Of a stretch of 64,000 nucleotides of DNA, positions 1-11,543 are shown one piece after another. Under the pieces are notes generated by a model, which worked only from the letters and a program-made list of their open reading frames with translations, had not been told where the DNA came from and ran no database searches. This DNA comes from Setoptus koraiensis (taxonomy: Eukaryota; Animalia; Arthropoda), in the NCBI GenBank assembly GCA_048013815.1, contig CM106586.1:13268001-13332000 (forward strand), read 5' to 3'. A program made the position numbers and the translations under genes. How positions within the stretch are numbered: the stretch's first letter is position 1; every line of letters starts with the position of its first letter.

Positions 1-58
1 TCGTAGTGGAAATACGACTTTCTTCGTTATTTGCTCCAATTTATGTCGCGATATTTAC

Positions 59-1886
59 CCATACTAAGTTTTTATAATTTGTCGTTCGATCTTGGAAACA
101 TGTAAATCCAACTATTTCTTCCTTGCTTTGTGCATAGAAGTCCATCATCTGTCGCATTGATTAACAAGTCACGCCTCAGAGATTTTTGTCAATCATTCAC
201 AAATTTATGACCAACATTGAGCATTCATGTGTGATCAATACTTACATAATCGTGCAATTGGTGTGGCAATTTGACATTCATAAGTATGTACTCGAGAACA
301 TCCGTTGGCGCTGATGCCTAGCGATCATGGCAAATATTTTGGGTTGGGCTGTTAATGTGCTCTTGTGTAAAAATCTTTAAAACTTCTGAACTTAGACTCA
401 TCGATAGATATCTCATGTTTGTTTTACTCACCTGATGTGCAACATGAACGGACATATATGCCGGTTTAATAATAAGAGCCATCATACAACAGGTGACAAA
501 CAAAAAATTGAATGCGATCACTGAATTCACTTTGACATAACATAAGAAAAAAAGAGTTAAACCCAAACAAAGAAAACCACCTAGCCAATAATAATCAAGC
601 ATTCTGGACCAAAACTCGTTAGCCTTGTGAACGATTTCGCATATTTCGTTGTGTCTCAAGCAAAGATTGAATAACTGATTACACTGATGCAAATCTGGTC
701 CAACAAACCAATGGTCATGATACTTTCTCTTTAGGCTGCCGTTTTTTTCTTTTGGGTCTTGCAATTTGACGAGCTTGTTGATTACATTAGCATATAGCGG
801 AAACACGCCGAATCGAGCACGACGATTAGCATCGGGTTTCTTGACCAGATTCTTGTTAGATTGAGATGGGCCATGTTCGTTGAGGAGATTGGAAGCGATT
901 TCTGAAGCCAATTTGTACAATTCGCAGTTGACCTTCTCGAATTCTTCTAGAATTGCATTACAGACTGTTTTAAAATAGTAGACGTATAAATATAAGCGGC
1001 CAAAAGAAATGCCCATCCAGATGATGTATAGCGAGAACCACAACATTGATGATTCTTTGATTACTTCTCGTCTGCCACTCAGCAATCCATTTGCTTGCGT
1101 ATCACTTCTTTCATTATATTTATTGGGATCAACATATCGAAATTGACCCACCAACCACGGCACCATGGCAAACATTAGTATCACTGGACTGTATATAATC
1201 ACAAATGAAACGCGAGCCTTCACCTTAACGGCTACTCTCCTGATATCAAAATCTATTGTTCTGCGATCAATCATCTTCTGTCTGCAACTTATATAGGGCT
1301 CTAAATGATTTGTATAACCGGATTGGCTTGATAGATTTCTGAATTTTTCTGTCAACATGTAAGAGGTGAAAAACAACAGAAATGACATAAGCGATTGAGC
1401 CCATCTTGCTTTGCCTGCTGTGTATTGATTGGCTGAATATAAACTATATGGCGAAGCGTGAAATATGCCAGCAGCTTCGTGTACCAGAGTGAATATATCA
1501 ATGCATCTATAGAATATGTTGAAGAAACGTATATGTCGCTTGTTGGCCTCACTCAATACTATTATTCCATTTCCGGTTGAAGTTTTCGATTTGCACGAAT
1601 CAACAATGTGACCAAAATTGCTAGCGCTTTCATCATCTGTACTACTACGAAAAAGAGACTTTTTGGGTGCGGTAGCCGTGGATCTTGATTGATCTTTGCA
1701 TGCGCCCACGAAACGCAAGCCAAAATCAAAGAAAGTCTCTAACGGATGATCGCTGTAGCGAGCATAACAGTCGACGTAATGTTGCTTGATGATTCTCTCC
1801 ATGTCGGATGACCAATATATTCGATTGATCATCCCCATATCATCCCGTACGACCAAACTGTACTTGTTACTTATGTAATCAACCAT
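59..1886 (-). CDS. Gustatory-receptor-like (GR/7TM ion-channel chemoreceptor superfamily) gene, copy A; last exon lies beyond the left edge
   Basis: Exons 1886-432 (485 codons, donor CAG|GTGAGT), 317-246 (ASAPTDVLEYILMNVKLPHQLHDY, TAG|...|GTAAGT) and 148-59 (MMDFYAQSKEEIVGFTCFQDRTTNYKNLVW, CAG|...|GTAAAT), all phase 0. Multiple hydrophobic helices, a GR-like HNEICEIVHKANEFWS segment before TM5, and an IVGFTCF motif before TM7. The listed ORF end (SKTNMRY...HDR) is intron read-through. Confidence 0.75.
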
Positions 1887-2385
1887 TCTTTAATTGTTGT
1901 TGTTGTCAAATATGAAATTATACATCGATGATAAATTATATTAAAATTCAAAGAACGATCGAACGAACTTGATGGATTGATCTAGTGGTCATGATTCATG
2001 ACTCATGAAAATAGAGATACATCAAACGCTTTCGTATGTCTAGACCATGAAAAGCGCGACAGAAAAAATACGCAATACTGCTATGAATAATGAACTCTCG
2101 CAGACGCCATTCAAATAATGTCACGAAAATACTTATGTTCGTGACAACACGATGAAAGAATAACACGACGTCACATTAGCTGTCTATTCTCATGGGTTAC
2201 CATAGAGATCTCGGGAAAAAAGATGGCTTGCGTTCTATATCTCACCCAGCGATTCCCATACAGTATCCGTGTTTGGAATATACCATTCCAAATATTAATC
2301 ACATCATACTAATTACAGGTTGTTCCATTTTTGTTGAAATTGGCTTTTCTATGTGTCTGCGTCGATTCAATGCCACTGGATTTAT

Positions 2386-4448
2386 TCAGTGTCTCCTAAT
2401 CACGGCCAACGCGATCTCAGCATAGACTAGAAATATCGTGATAAAAGTGTTGAAAAGCTGAGGCATTTTTCCAGAGTTATGATTCAGATGATAAATCATT
2501 GGATTCATTAGATGTATAATCATTGTGATGTTGGTATCTTAGCGGAAATGAAACTTTCTTCGCTATTTGCTCCAATCGATATCGCGATATTTACCCATAC
2601 TAAGTTTTCATGATTTGTCGTTCGACCATTGAAACATGTAAATCCAACTATTTCTGCCTTGGTTTGTGCATAGAAGTCCATCATCTGTCGCATTGATTAA
2701 CAAGGAACGGCAGCAAGTTGCGTCCCAAAAATTTTTGTCAATCATACCAACATCCAACAAATTCATGTACGACGTCAAGAATTCGTGTATAATCAATACT
2801 TACATAATCGTGCAATCGATAGGGCAATTCGACATTCATGAGTATGTACTCGAGAGCATCCATTGGCGCGGATGCCTAGCGAGTATGGCAAATAGTTTTG
2901 GGTTAGGCTGTTAATTTGTTCTCGTGTAAAAATCTCTAAAACTTCTGAACTTAGACTCATCGATAGATATCTTATGTTTATTTTACTCACTTTTTGTGCA
3001 ACACGAACACACATAGATGCCAGTTTAATTATAAGAGCCACCATACAACAGGTGACAAAGAAGAGGTTGAATGCGACCACTGAATTAACTTTGACATAAC
3101 AAAGGAAAAAAAGATTCAAACCAAAACAAAGAAAACCACCAAGCCAATAATAATCAAGCATTCTGGACCAAAACTTGTTAGCCTTGTGAACGATTTCGCA
3201 TATTTCGTTGTGTTTCAAGTAAAGATTGATCAACCGATTACACTGATGCAAATCTGGTCCAACAAACCAATGGTCATAATGCTTTCTTTTTAGGCTGCCG
3301 TTTTTTTCTTTTGGGTCTTGCAATTTAATGAGCTTGTTAATTACACCAGCGTATAGCGGAAACCCGCCAGATCGAGCACGAAAATTAGCATCTGGTTTCT
3401 CGACCAGATGTTTCGTGTTAAATTTAGATCGGCCATGCTGGCTGGGGAGATTCGATGCGAAATCTGAGGCAAATTTGACTAATTCGCAATTGATCTTCTC
3501 GAATTCTTCTATTATTGCTTCGCACGCCGTTTGAAAGTAGTAGACGTATAAATATAGGCGACCCAATGAAATACCCAACCAAAAAGCATATACCCAAAAC
3601 CACAACATTATTGATTCTTTGATTACGTCTTGCCTGCCACTGAGCAATTCATTCGCTTGCTTATCAATCCCTTCATCATATTTATCGAGATTAGAATATA
3701 GAATATGAGATACCACCCACGGAATCAGGGAAAAAATTATTATCACCGGAGTGCATATAATCGCAAATAAAACCCGAGCCTTCACTTTAACGGCTACTCT
3801 CCTGATATCAAAATCTATTGTTCTGCGATCAATCATCTTATGTCTGCAATCGATATATGGCTCTAAATGATTTGTATAACCGGATCGGCTTGATAGATGT
3901 TTGAATTTTTCTGTCAACATGTAAGAGGGAAAATACATCAGAAATAACATAAGCGATTGAGCCCATCTTGCTTTGCCTCCTGGATATTGATTGGCCGAAT
4001 ATAAACTATATGGCGAAGCGTGAAATATGCCAGCAGCTTCGTGTACCAGAGCGAATATATCAATGCATCTATAGAATATGTTGAAGAAACGTATGTGTCG
4101 CTTGTTGGCCTCACTCAATACTATTATTCCATTTCCGGTTGAAGTTTTCGATTTGCACGAATCAACAATGTGACCAAAATTGTTAGCGTTTTCATCATCT
4201 GTACTACTACGAAAAAGAGACTTTTTGGGTGCGGTAGCCGTGGATCTTGATTGATCTTTGCATGCGCCCACGAAACGCAAGCCAAAATCAAAGAAAGTCT
4301 CTAACGGATGATCGCTGTAGCGAGCATAACAGTCGATGTAATGTTGCTTGATGATTCTCTCCATGTCGGATGACCAATATATTCGATTGATCATTCCCAT
4401 ATCATCCCGTACGACGGAATAGTGCTTGTTACTTATGTAATCAATCAT
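2386..4448 (-). CDS. Gustatory-receptor-like (GR/7TM ion-channel chemoreceptor superfamily) gene, copy B, ~563 aa, 4 exons
   Basis: Exons 4448-2991 (486 codons), 2875-2804 (24 codons), 2684-2595 (30 codons) and 2457-2386 (LFNTFITIFLVYAEIALAVIRRH*). All junctions are GT-AG and phase 0 with an open frame. Clear paralogue of copy A. Confidence 0.78.
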
Positions 4449-5431
4449 TCTTTAATTGTTGTTGTTGTCAAATATTAAATTATACATCGATGATAAATTA
4501 TATCCTAATTCAAAGAACGGTCGAACGAGCTTGATGGATTGATCTAATTGTCATGGATAGGTTGATATAGGAAACGCTTTCGCGTGTCTTGACCTTGAAA
4601 GGCGCAGCATAAAAAATTTATGGGTCAGAAATTGAAAGTAAATATCATCCGAGTTTGCCAAGCCAATGGAGAGCTGCTGGACGAATTAAGAGTCAAGGGC
4701 AGAAAATTTTGCAACACGGCTGTGAATAATAAACTCTCTCAGACGCTAGCCATATCATGTCATGAAAATATTCATGTTCGTGACAACATGATGGAAGAAT
4801 AAAACGACGTCACATTAGCTGTCAGTTCTCATAGGTTACTATGGAGATTTCGGAGAAAAAAAATGGATTGATTGTTTTTTTAATTTCCTGTATACAACAT
4901 GAACACATAAATTTGAAAAATGAGTCAAATTCAGTAGCTGATAGTCATCTGTATTGATTATGATCAATATGGTTGTAATGTCATCAATACAGACGCTTAC
5001 AGGTCATTATCCTCAGTCTTGCAATGTGACTATGTGCATTCTGTGTAAGTATTGGTTTGAATATGGCCTTGAGATGTATTCTTTTTACACCTCTCTTTCA
5101 ATCTTTTAAAACTTGCGAACCAAAAAACATCTATTCAATATCCATAATTGTATAATATTATCTGTTGTGCTAATTGTTTCAGTTTCCCATAACTTGTCTT
5201 CCTTTTTTCAATGTTTTTCAATAATGTGGTTGTGGTAATGATCTGGCCACCATAAAAGTTGGTTTTAGATTACTCTTCTTGCCTTGATTTTTCGAAATAG
5301 GGATGATCTGAAGGTGTCAAGTTTCAGGGTTCAGTCTTGATGCAGAGATCAAAGGTGGTCGTCTCATTTTAAAGGTGTAATTGAGCAACTATCTATTGTA
5401 TCTTTGATCGTTAAATGATAATATTATTTTA

Positions 5432-6361
5432 CTAGTTAGACTTCTTTCCTTGGTGTTTGGATTTTGACGATTTTCCCGATGCTGAGCCGTGAAACAATCT
5501 GGTGAGCGCCTTGCCCAAGTAAAAGAAGCCGGAAACAATGAAAGCTGCGCTGGCAAAAACAATGGTTACACCGTTGAAGTCTAACAGGTTTAGGAAGCCG
5601 TAGACGAACTGTCCCGATTGTATTCTCATGTATACCAAGAACATGGCATAGCTGAGATTGTAGCCAAGTAGCACCGTCAGAGAGGTCGCCGACGATGAGT
5701 ACTCGTGCCTAACTAGATACAATTCAAATAGATTGACTGGTAATATAATAGTGTGAGTAACATGATTGAGCCAGTTAGGATAATATTGTTCCAGTGCAAC
5801 GGGGAAAATATGCTCTCTGCCAATGAAGAACCATACCGACCAGAATATACTGCAAACAAGAGCGCTAACGGGCAGTGCCAGCGATGTTAAAAAGAAATCC
5901 CTAAATTTGCGTAAACGCGGCACAAAATGCGAGGCCAAACATAGCGAATAGGCGGCAAACTGCAATAGTAGACAATTGTAGGTGAGATATCTCAGTTTTC
6001 CGTACGGACGTAATCCAGGATGAACCAATTTCGACATGCCCACAATGGTTTCTGTCACGATAAAAAGCAATCATGGGGGCAGGTAAATAAGGGTGACAAT
6101 GTTAGACAGTGTTGATACATTTACCCTACTAACAGTGGCATGTGACATGTGAATAGGAACGGGTTAGCATTTTATAACCAATTATCCTGGATAATTGGCC
6201 GCAATGAGCCTGTTGACAGACAATTGTCAAATTGAACACTTACGTGACACATTCTGCCAGCATATGGCGTAACCATAAACACTGGCGGCGCCCGCATGGA
6301 ATCCCAGTCGTATATACGAAAACCTTTCCGCTGCCGCGGCAGAATTCTTAGAATTGGCCAT
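5432..6361 (-). CDS. AIG1: AIG1/ADTRP (Far-17a/AIG1) family membrane threonine hydrolase, ~245 aa, 2 exons
   Basis: Exon 1 6361-6244 (MANSKNSAAAAERFSYIRLGFHAGAASVYGYAICWQNVS, donor C|GTAAGT, phase 1) joins acceptor CAG|AA at 6051 to stop at 5432. Family motifs GKLRYLTY (catalytic Thr) and WLNHVTHT (catalytic His), with several TM helices. Confidence 0.85.
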
Positions 6362-7916
6362 CTAATACTACTGTTGGTAATTGTCCGGATATTTGATTGT
6401 AACTGATCCGATGATAGCAATGATACGGATTGTTGTTCAGTGGGCGACGGGCCTGTGATATTCCTGGTTGGCTTGTTGGTGTCAGTTGCGGGCCACGAGT
6501 GACAACGGTTTCTATATTCACTGGAATAGCGGACGAGCTTCTTCTATTCTACTGGAGCTATTGGGCTGAATTTTGTGAAAAAATACGAAATGATGATATA
6601 TTTTGAAATATTTTGTTGGAAATGATGTCAGCCTTTCTGTGCCACTGCGAGATGCCAACTGACGCTGCATCACCACACTAAATTGTCTTTTGACCCTGTT
6701 CGCTGCAAGGCAAACCGGGAAAACGCCATTTGTGTGCCTGCCAAAACACTGCCTCGTCAGGCCCGCTCATTGTCCAGAATTCACCCCAGATGTGTCAGGG
6801 TAATTCGCAAGGGCGCGAAAATACCCTGACTCTCGAATGAGCTATCCCGGAGTCTTCGAAAATAAGTGGCCGGCCGCGTTATTATCCGATGGCAAACTTG
6901 CATTTGATAGCAAAAGGCTGCCCGAATTGTGACTCCGTTTCAAGTAGCGGAAAACAGCACACAACATATCGGGCCCAATCACTCGAACAGAGATGAATTC
7001 CCAGAGACACTTGCGAGCTCTGATAGAGACGCCACATCTTGGGCAACATCTAAACGATCTTGTTGACGAGCTGATCGATGCGATTGTCCTTTGAGCTATC
7101 GATTGGTGCATCTTTAGTTGGCTTGGATAGACTGCGATTGCCATGCATCTCACAGATGATTGTCAAACCGTCCTCAACTCCGACAAGATTTACAAATTGT
7201 TAGCTCAAGGTTCGTGACGCCGCTTCTCGAGAACGACTGTGCGAAAAACCTGTTTCACCCATAATTGAGAAATAATGTGCGACGATCAATTGAGGTTCGC
7301 TGCCTCATCGAGCATTCATCTTTATTGATCAAGAGGACGCGCGGTTTGCCGTAAATAAATAATTTCATAATAATAATAATATCGTCATTATTATTTGTAC
7401 ATAACATATAAATTACATTTTAAATCGAATCATTTCTGATGATTATCAGATACACTTGTGTCTTATCACTCTAGAATAACTTTAGCATCCTTATGGACGC
7501 TTTCACAAAAACGCTTTCCTTCGCTCTGGCTGGACTCTTTGCCAGTGTAATGCCATTTGCGGTTGATATGTTGTTGTTGTAATATAAATATGGCCTATAC
7601 AGAATGTGTGTACATGTGGTATAAAGTATTAAATGGTTATGTATCAATTACAATTGGCTTCTGCGCCCGGATTAGATTATATCACTAGACTATGTATGTG
7701 TGTGCATTGTTCTTAGCCTTCTTTTGGCCAAAGACAATCTATAACAATATGTTCATTGTTTGTCTACCCTCGCTTACAAACTTGTTGGTTCTTTTCAAAC
7801 TTTTCATTTTTGTTCAATATCAGCCATCAATATCTGCTGTTATTGCTTATTTATAATAATGAGTTGACGTGTTTGTAGCTGTTGTTGCTGTTGTTGGCTG
7901 TTGCTAAAGACAAGAG

Positions 7917-9657
7917 TTAACCAACTGTGGCGGTTATGCTTTCAAAACTAGATTCGTTATTGTTGGTTATGTCATTTCGACAGGTCATGGCCAAAATGTT
8001 AGGCCGAGATTCGGAGAGTCGTTGTTGCTGTTGTTGTTGTTGTTGTTGCTGCTGCTGTTGCTGATTGTTGCAGACACGCTGCATGAGTGACGTGATTGCC
8101 TGGCTAACTATCTCTCCATAATTTAAGTAGGAGTAGTGGCCACCAGCCTTGAAAACTATCACTCTAACCCAGTCATCTTTAGTTGAACCTAATTTAAGAA
8201 GAATAAAAAAAAACAGAACGTTAGTCGCTCGTTAGTTGTTGGCTGTCTAAATATAGCTGGTATATTCAGAGTGACGTTACAGTTATGCTGACGAATAATT
8301 GGTCGGCAGCCGCCGTCAATACATTGCGTAACAGTTGGCTGTCTGGCAATAATTTGCAATCTCGTCCTGTCTCGTCTAGAGTTAGTTGTCATAGCGATGA
8401 TTGACAATTTATATAATAGTATCATTATTTATATATTAGAATAGTTACCTGATCTTTCAATGTTTCCCTCAGCGTCATAATAATCAAAATGAGTGCTATC
8501 GGCATTCAAGAAATTTGTCATCTCATAAAATATTTCTTTCTCTATTAATTTGTCATTTTCACTGAATAATAACAATGTGGGCAATTTTAGTTTGCTTAAA
8601 TATTGCAATTGTTCCTCGACACGTTTACAACGCGAATTCTTCATAACAGTGGCCGACAACATGACGTTGTCCATGTTGTCTACCTTCACTGGCGAGCCCA
8701 CTATTCGCAGAAATTGGGGCCCCAGAACCTTGAACACCGCGCGGCCCACTTTTCTGTGGTAAAATTTCACCGAGCCGCATTTGAACCAGGTGGGCTTCAT
8801 TGAATGGGGCAACCTGTGGCCGGGTGGATTGAACAGAGCCAATGATTTGATGTCGATGGAGGCATCGCTGATCATTAGAAGCGAGGGGAAAACAGCGCTG
8901 CTGTGAGAAATCAACAAGTCCACCCTGTTGTTTGCGAATACATGATGTTCGGGGATAATGTTCAGAGACAGTGTTCAGGGATAATGTTTAGAGATAATGT
9001 TCAGAGATAATGTTCAGAGATGATGTTCAGAGGAAAACCCATGTTACAGGGCAAAAATTGGCATTAGAAATGCTGGACGCATTGGGAGCATTTGACGGCT
9101 GCTTGACTGGCTCGAGCAGACCGTCTCAGACTGTTGCTTGAATTAATTATCATCAAACCCGAGCATAAGGCACAGTCTTAACATGCAGCTCGGTGTCGCT
9201 GGCAACATATATTTATATATTTTCGTTGTCAAGACTTGCTGACACTGGGGAAAGTGGTTGTTACTTTCGCTTGTGTCCAGCACTGATTCTTTCATTCGTG
9301 TTAGTTGGCGAAAGACGACTCACCTTTGAACTTGTATTGCGCGAAGAAAATCAATGAGGTAAGAGGCTTTTTCGTCTGCCGAATGCCTGAATATTGTGCT
9401 CACTGTCTCTTTTAAGACTGTTTTAAGGCATTTGAGGCAGTTTTAGACACATTTGCAAATCAATCAAGCCAACGGTCAGTTAATATGGTGAGCGTATTGC
9501 GTTTAGTGAGCGTTTTGGTGGTTGCGTCGTTCGTTTTGCAGCCAGCCAGTGAATGGTTTCGGTCAGTTATAGAGTTTGTGTTGTTTGTTTGTTGGTTTGT
9601 ATTAGTATTTGTTGTTGATGATATGGTGTTGTGTTGGTTCGGCCATTAACATTAAAT

Positions 9658-9688
<31 letters not shown>

Positions 9689-11543
9689 TTGCGTAATAGT
9701 GTTAGTGTGTGAATACCAACGATAGATACGATACGATATATAGTAAAAACGAAGCCATAAGAGCAGTGAGGGAATAAAAAAGAGAAGAATTCAGGAAGTC
9801 AGTCACCGTTATTTCTCTGTCGTACTGTTGGTTTATCTATCTGCATATACTATGCATGCTGCTGCTTGGCATGTTGTTGCGCAACGTTCAGCCAACGAAA
9901 TAAGCCAACTTAATAGATAATCTATCTAAGTAAAACACAATTCGAGTATCCAAGCAACATGTTGCTAATGCAAGTTAGTTAGGTCATTAGGTGTTGTTGC
10001 CGCTTGACCAGTTACGTCTTACCCACACTCGGCTGGCAATGTTACCACTCACACACTTTTATCTCATCTCTGTGTATCTCACCCAACCATCGTCGTCTCT
10101 TTCTCTCTCTATCTCTCTATTGCTTACGATTGGATCTCTTTTCGGCTCGCTGGCCGGCCGAATGGCTCTAAGATGGCGGTCAGCCGATACTACCAACAAT
10201 TGAACTTGAAGCTTGCCGTGCATAATGCCAGCATAGCTCGCACATTATCAACGCCGGTCCATCATGCACCGTCTATGTGTCTATGTTTCTATCCATCGCC
10301 GTCCCTCTTACATATAATTATACAATTATCTCTGCTCTATCTCGCATCTGTTCGTCTGTTCGACCCAGCAAGGCCATCAGTCGATATTCTGTTCATTATT
10401 TAGTAAACATGTTACATCATTTAGTAATCATGCTACATCATTTGGTAAACATGCTACATCATATAATGATGATGCTATGAACAACAGTCGTTGTTGTTGT
10501 TGTTGTTGTTGTTGTCGATACAGGTATGCGTTTCTGTTTGCCTCAACTCTCCATTATGACTCTTCGACGGCAACTCGTTGCTGCCGGCTCATCCATATCA
10601 GCGGCATCATCATCACAGCCAGCAAAACAAGTAATCTGGCTGGCACACTTGCAATTATTATGCCCGCCATACTGCCGTTGCGAGTGATCTCTCCGTATTT
10701 GTGACGTCATTTTAGCGTCACATGAGCAAACAGCTTCAGCATAATTATCACACACACAACCTGATTGAGACCTGATAGGTTGTCGTTGAACGCATGCATT
10801 GTTGTGTTATGTAATATCTATGAATCATTTGTTACAAATGAAAATATGTTGTTGTTGTCTCATTTCTTACTGCCGTCACATCCTTCAACGGATCATGGTG
10901 ATTAAAATGTTATCTCGCGGTAATTGTAGAATATTTTCGCATTGGGCGGCAGCTCGTTCGGAGCGTGATCAGTGATCACTCGCGTGCACCTCGATCGAAC
11001 AATCAAGAATCTTCCGGAGAATTCTCACAGAATTCATTCGAAAATTGTTGTTGTTGTTGTTGCTATGAACTTTGACGACACGATCGGCAGCTGTCACTAA
11101 TAACTAGACAGGTTATCACAGGTAACTTTGCGCGGCATCGATATGATTGCATGTCATACTGAACTGGTTTTCATCAATCAATCTGCTACACATGTCGCTG
11201 ACAAAAAGTGACCAAACACAAGTATTTGAAAGTTATATTTACCTGGAAAGTTGGGGGCAATCACGCGAACATTTTGCGATTTGAAATGCTCTGTTATAAA
11301 GTCAAAATCTTCGTACGAGCCAGGCGCTCCATGGATGGCCAAAACAACTGGTGCTTGTGATCTCGTTATGGGGTCCATCAGCATTCCCGTGTCGACATAT
11401 TTGATGTTCATCAATATTCCTCCCTGGTTGGCGGCCTTCTTATAAACGCGACCTCTCGATCGCCACTGCTTGTACAGTTGGCCGCACGTTCTTATGGAAA
11501 GATTGCATTCTTCTATTTTGTTTGTGTCGTTTATTCGCACCAT
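7917..11543 (-). CDS. Alpha/beta-hydrolase fold protein (abhydrolase-type), ~380 aa, 4 exons
   Basis: Exons 11543-11243 (VLAIHGAPGS oxyanion motif, RVIAPNFP), ~9417-9324 (FRHSADEKA; acceptor choice uncertain), 8924-8449 (LISHSSA nucleophile elbow, LLFSENDKLI acid) and 8188-7917 (AGGHY catalytic His, poly-Q tail). Phases are consistent (1,2,1). Confidence 0.75.
8944..9031. repeat. 13-nt minisatellite GATAATGTTCAGA, ~7 degenerate copies (intronic)
   Basis: Directly visible tandem units in hydrolase intron 2. Confidence 0.85.

Larger units (their letters stand above)
1..4865. repeat. Tandem segmental duplication, unit ~2.56-2.64 kb, containing the two GR-like genes plus ~340-420 bp of upstream sequence
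   Basis: Positions 1-~2225 align by eye with ~2537-4865, including introns and 5' flank (e.g. TTCTTTAATTGTTGTTGTTGTCAAATAT at ~1887 and ~4449; CGACGTCACATTAGCTGTC at ~2166 and ~4805). ATG offset is 2562 nt. Confidence 0.9.

Noticed and set aside
6172-6420. 82-aa ORF (MLSSDQ...)
   Set aside because: Wrong frame; the overlapping frame gives the AIG1 first exon with correct splice phase.
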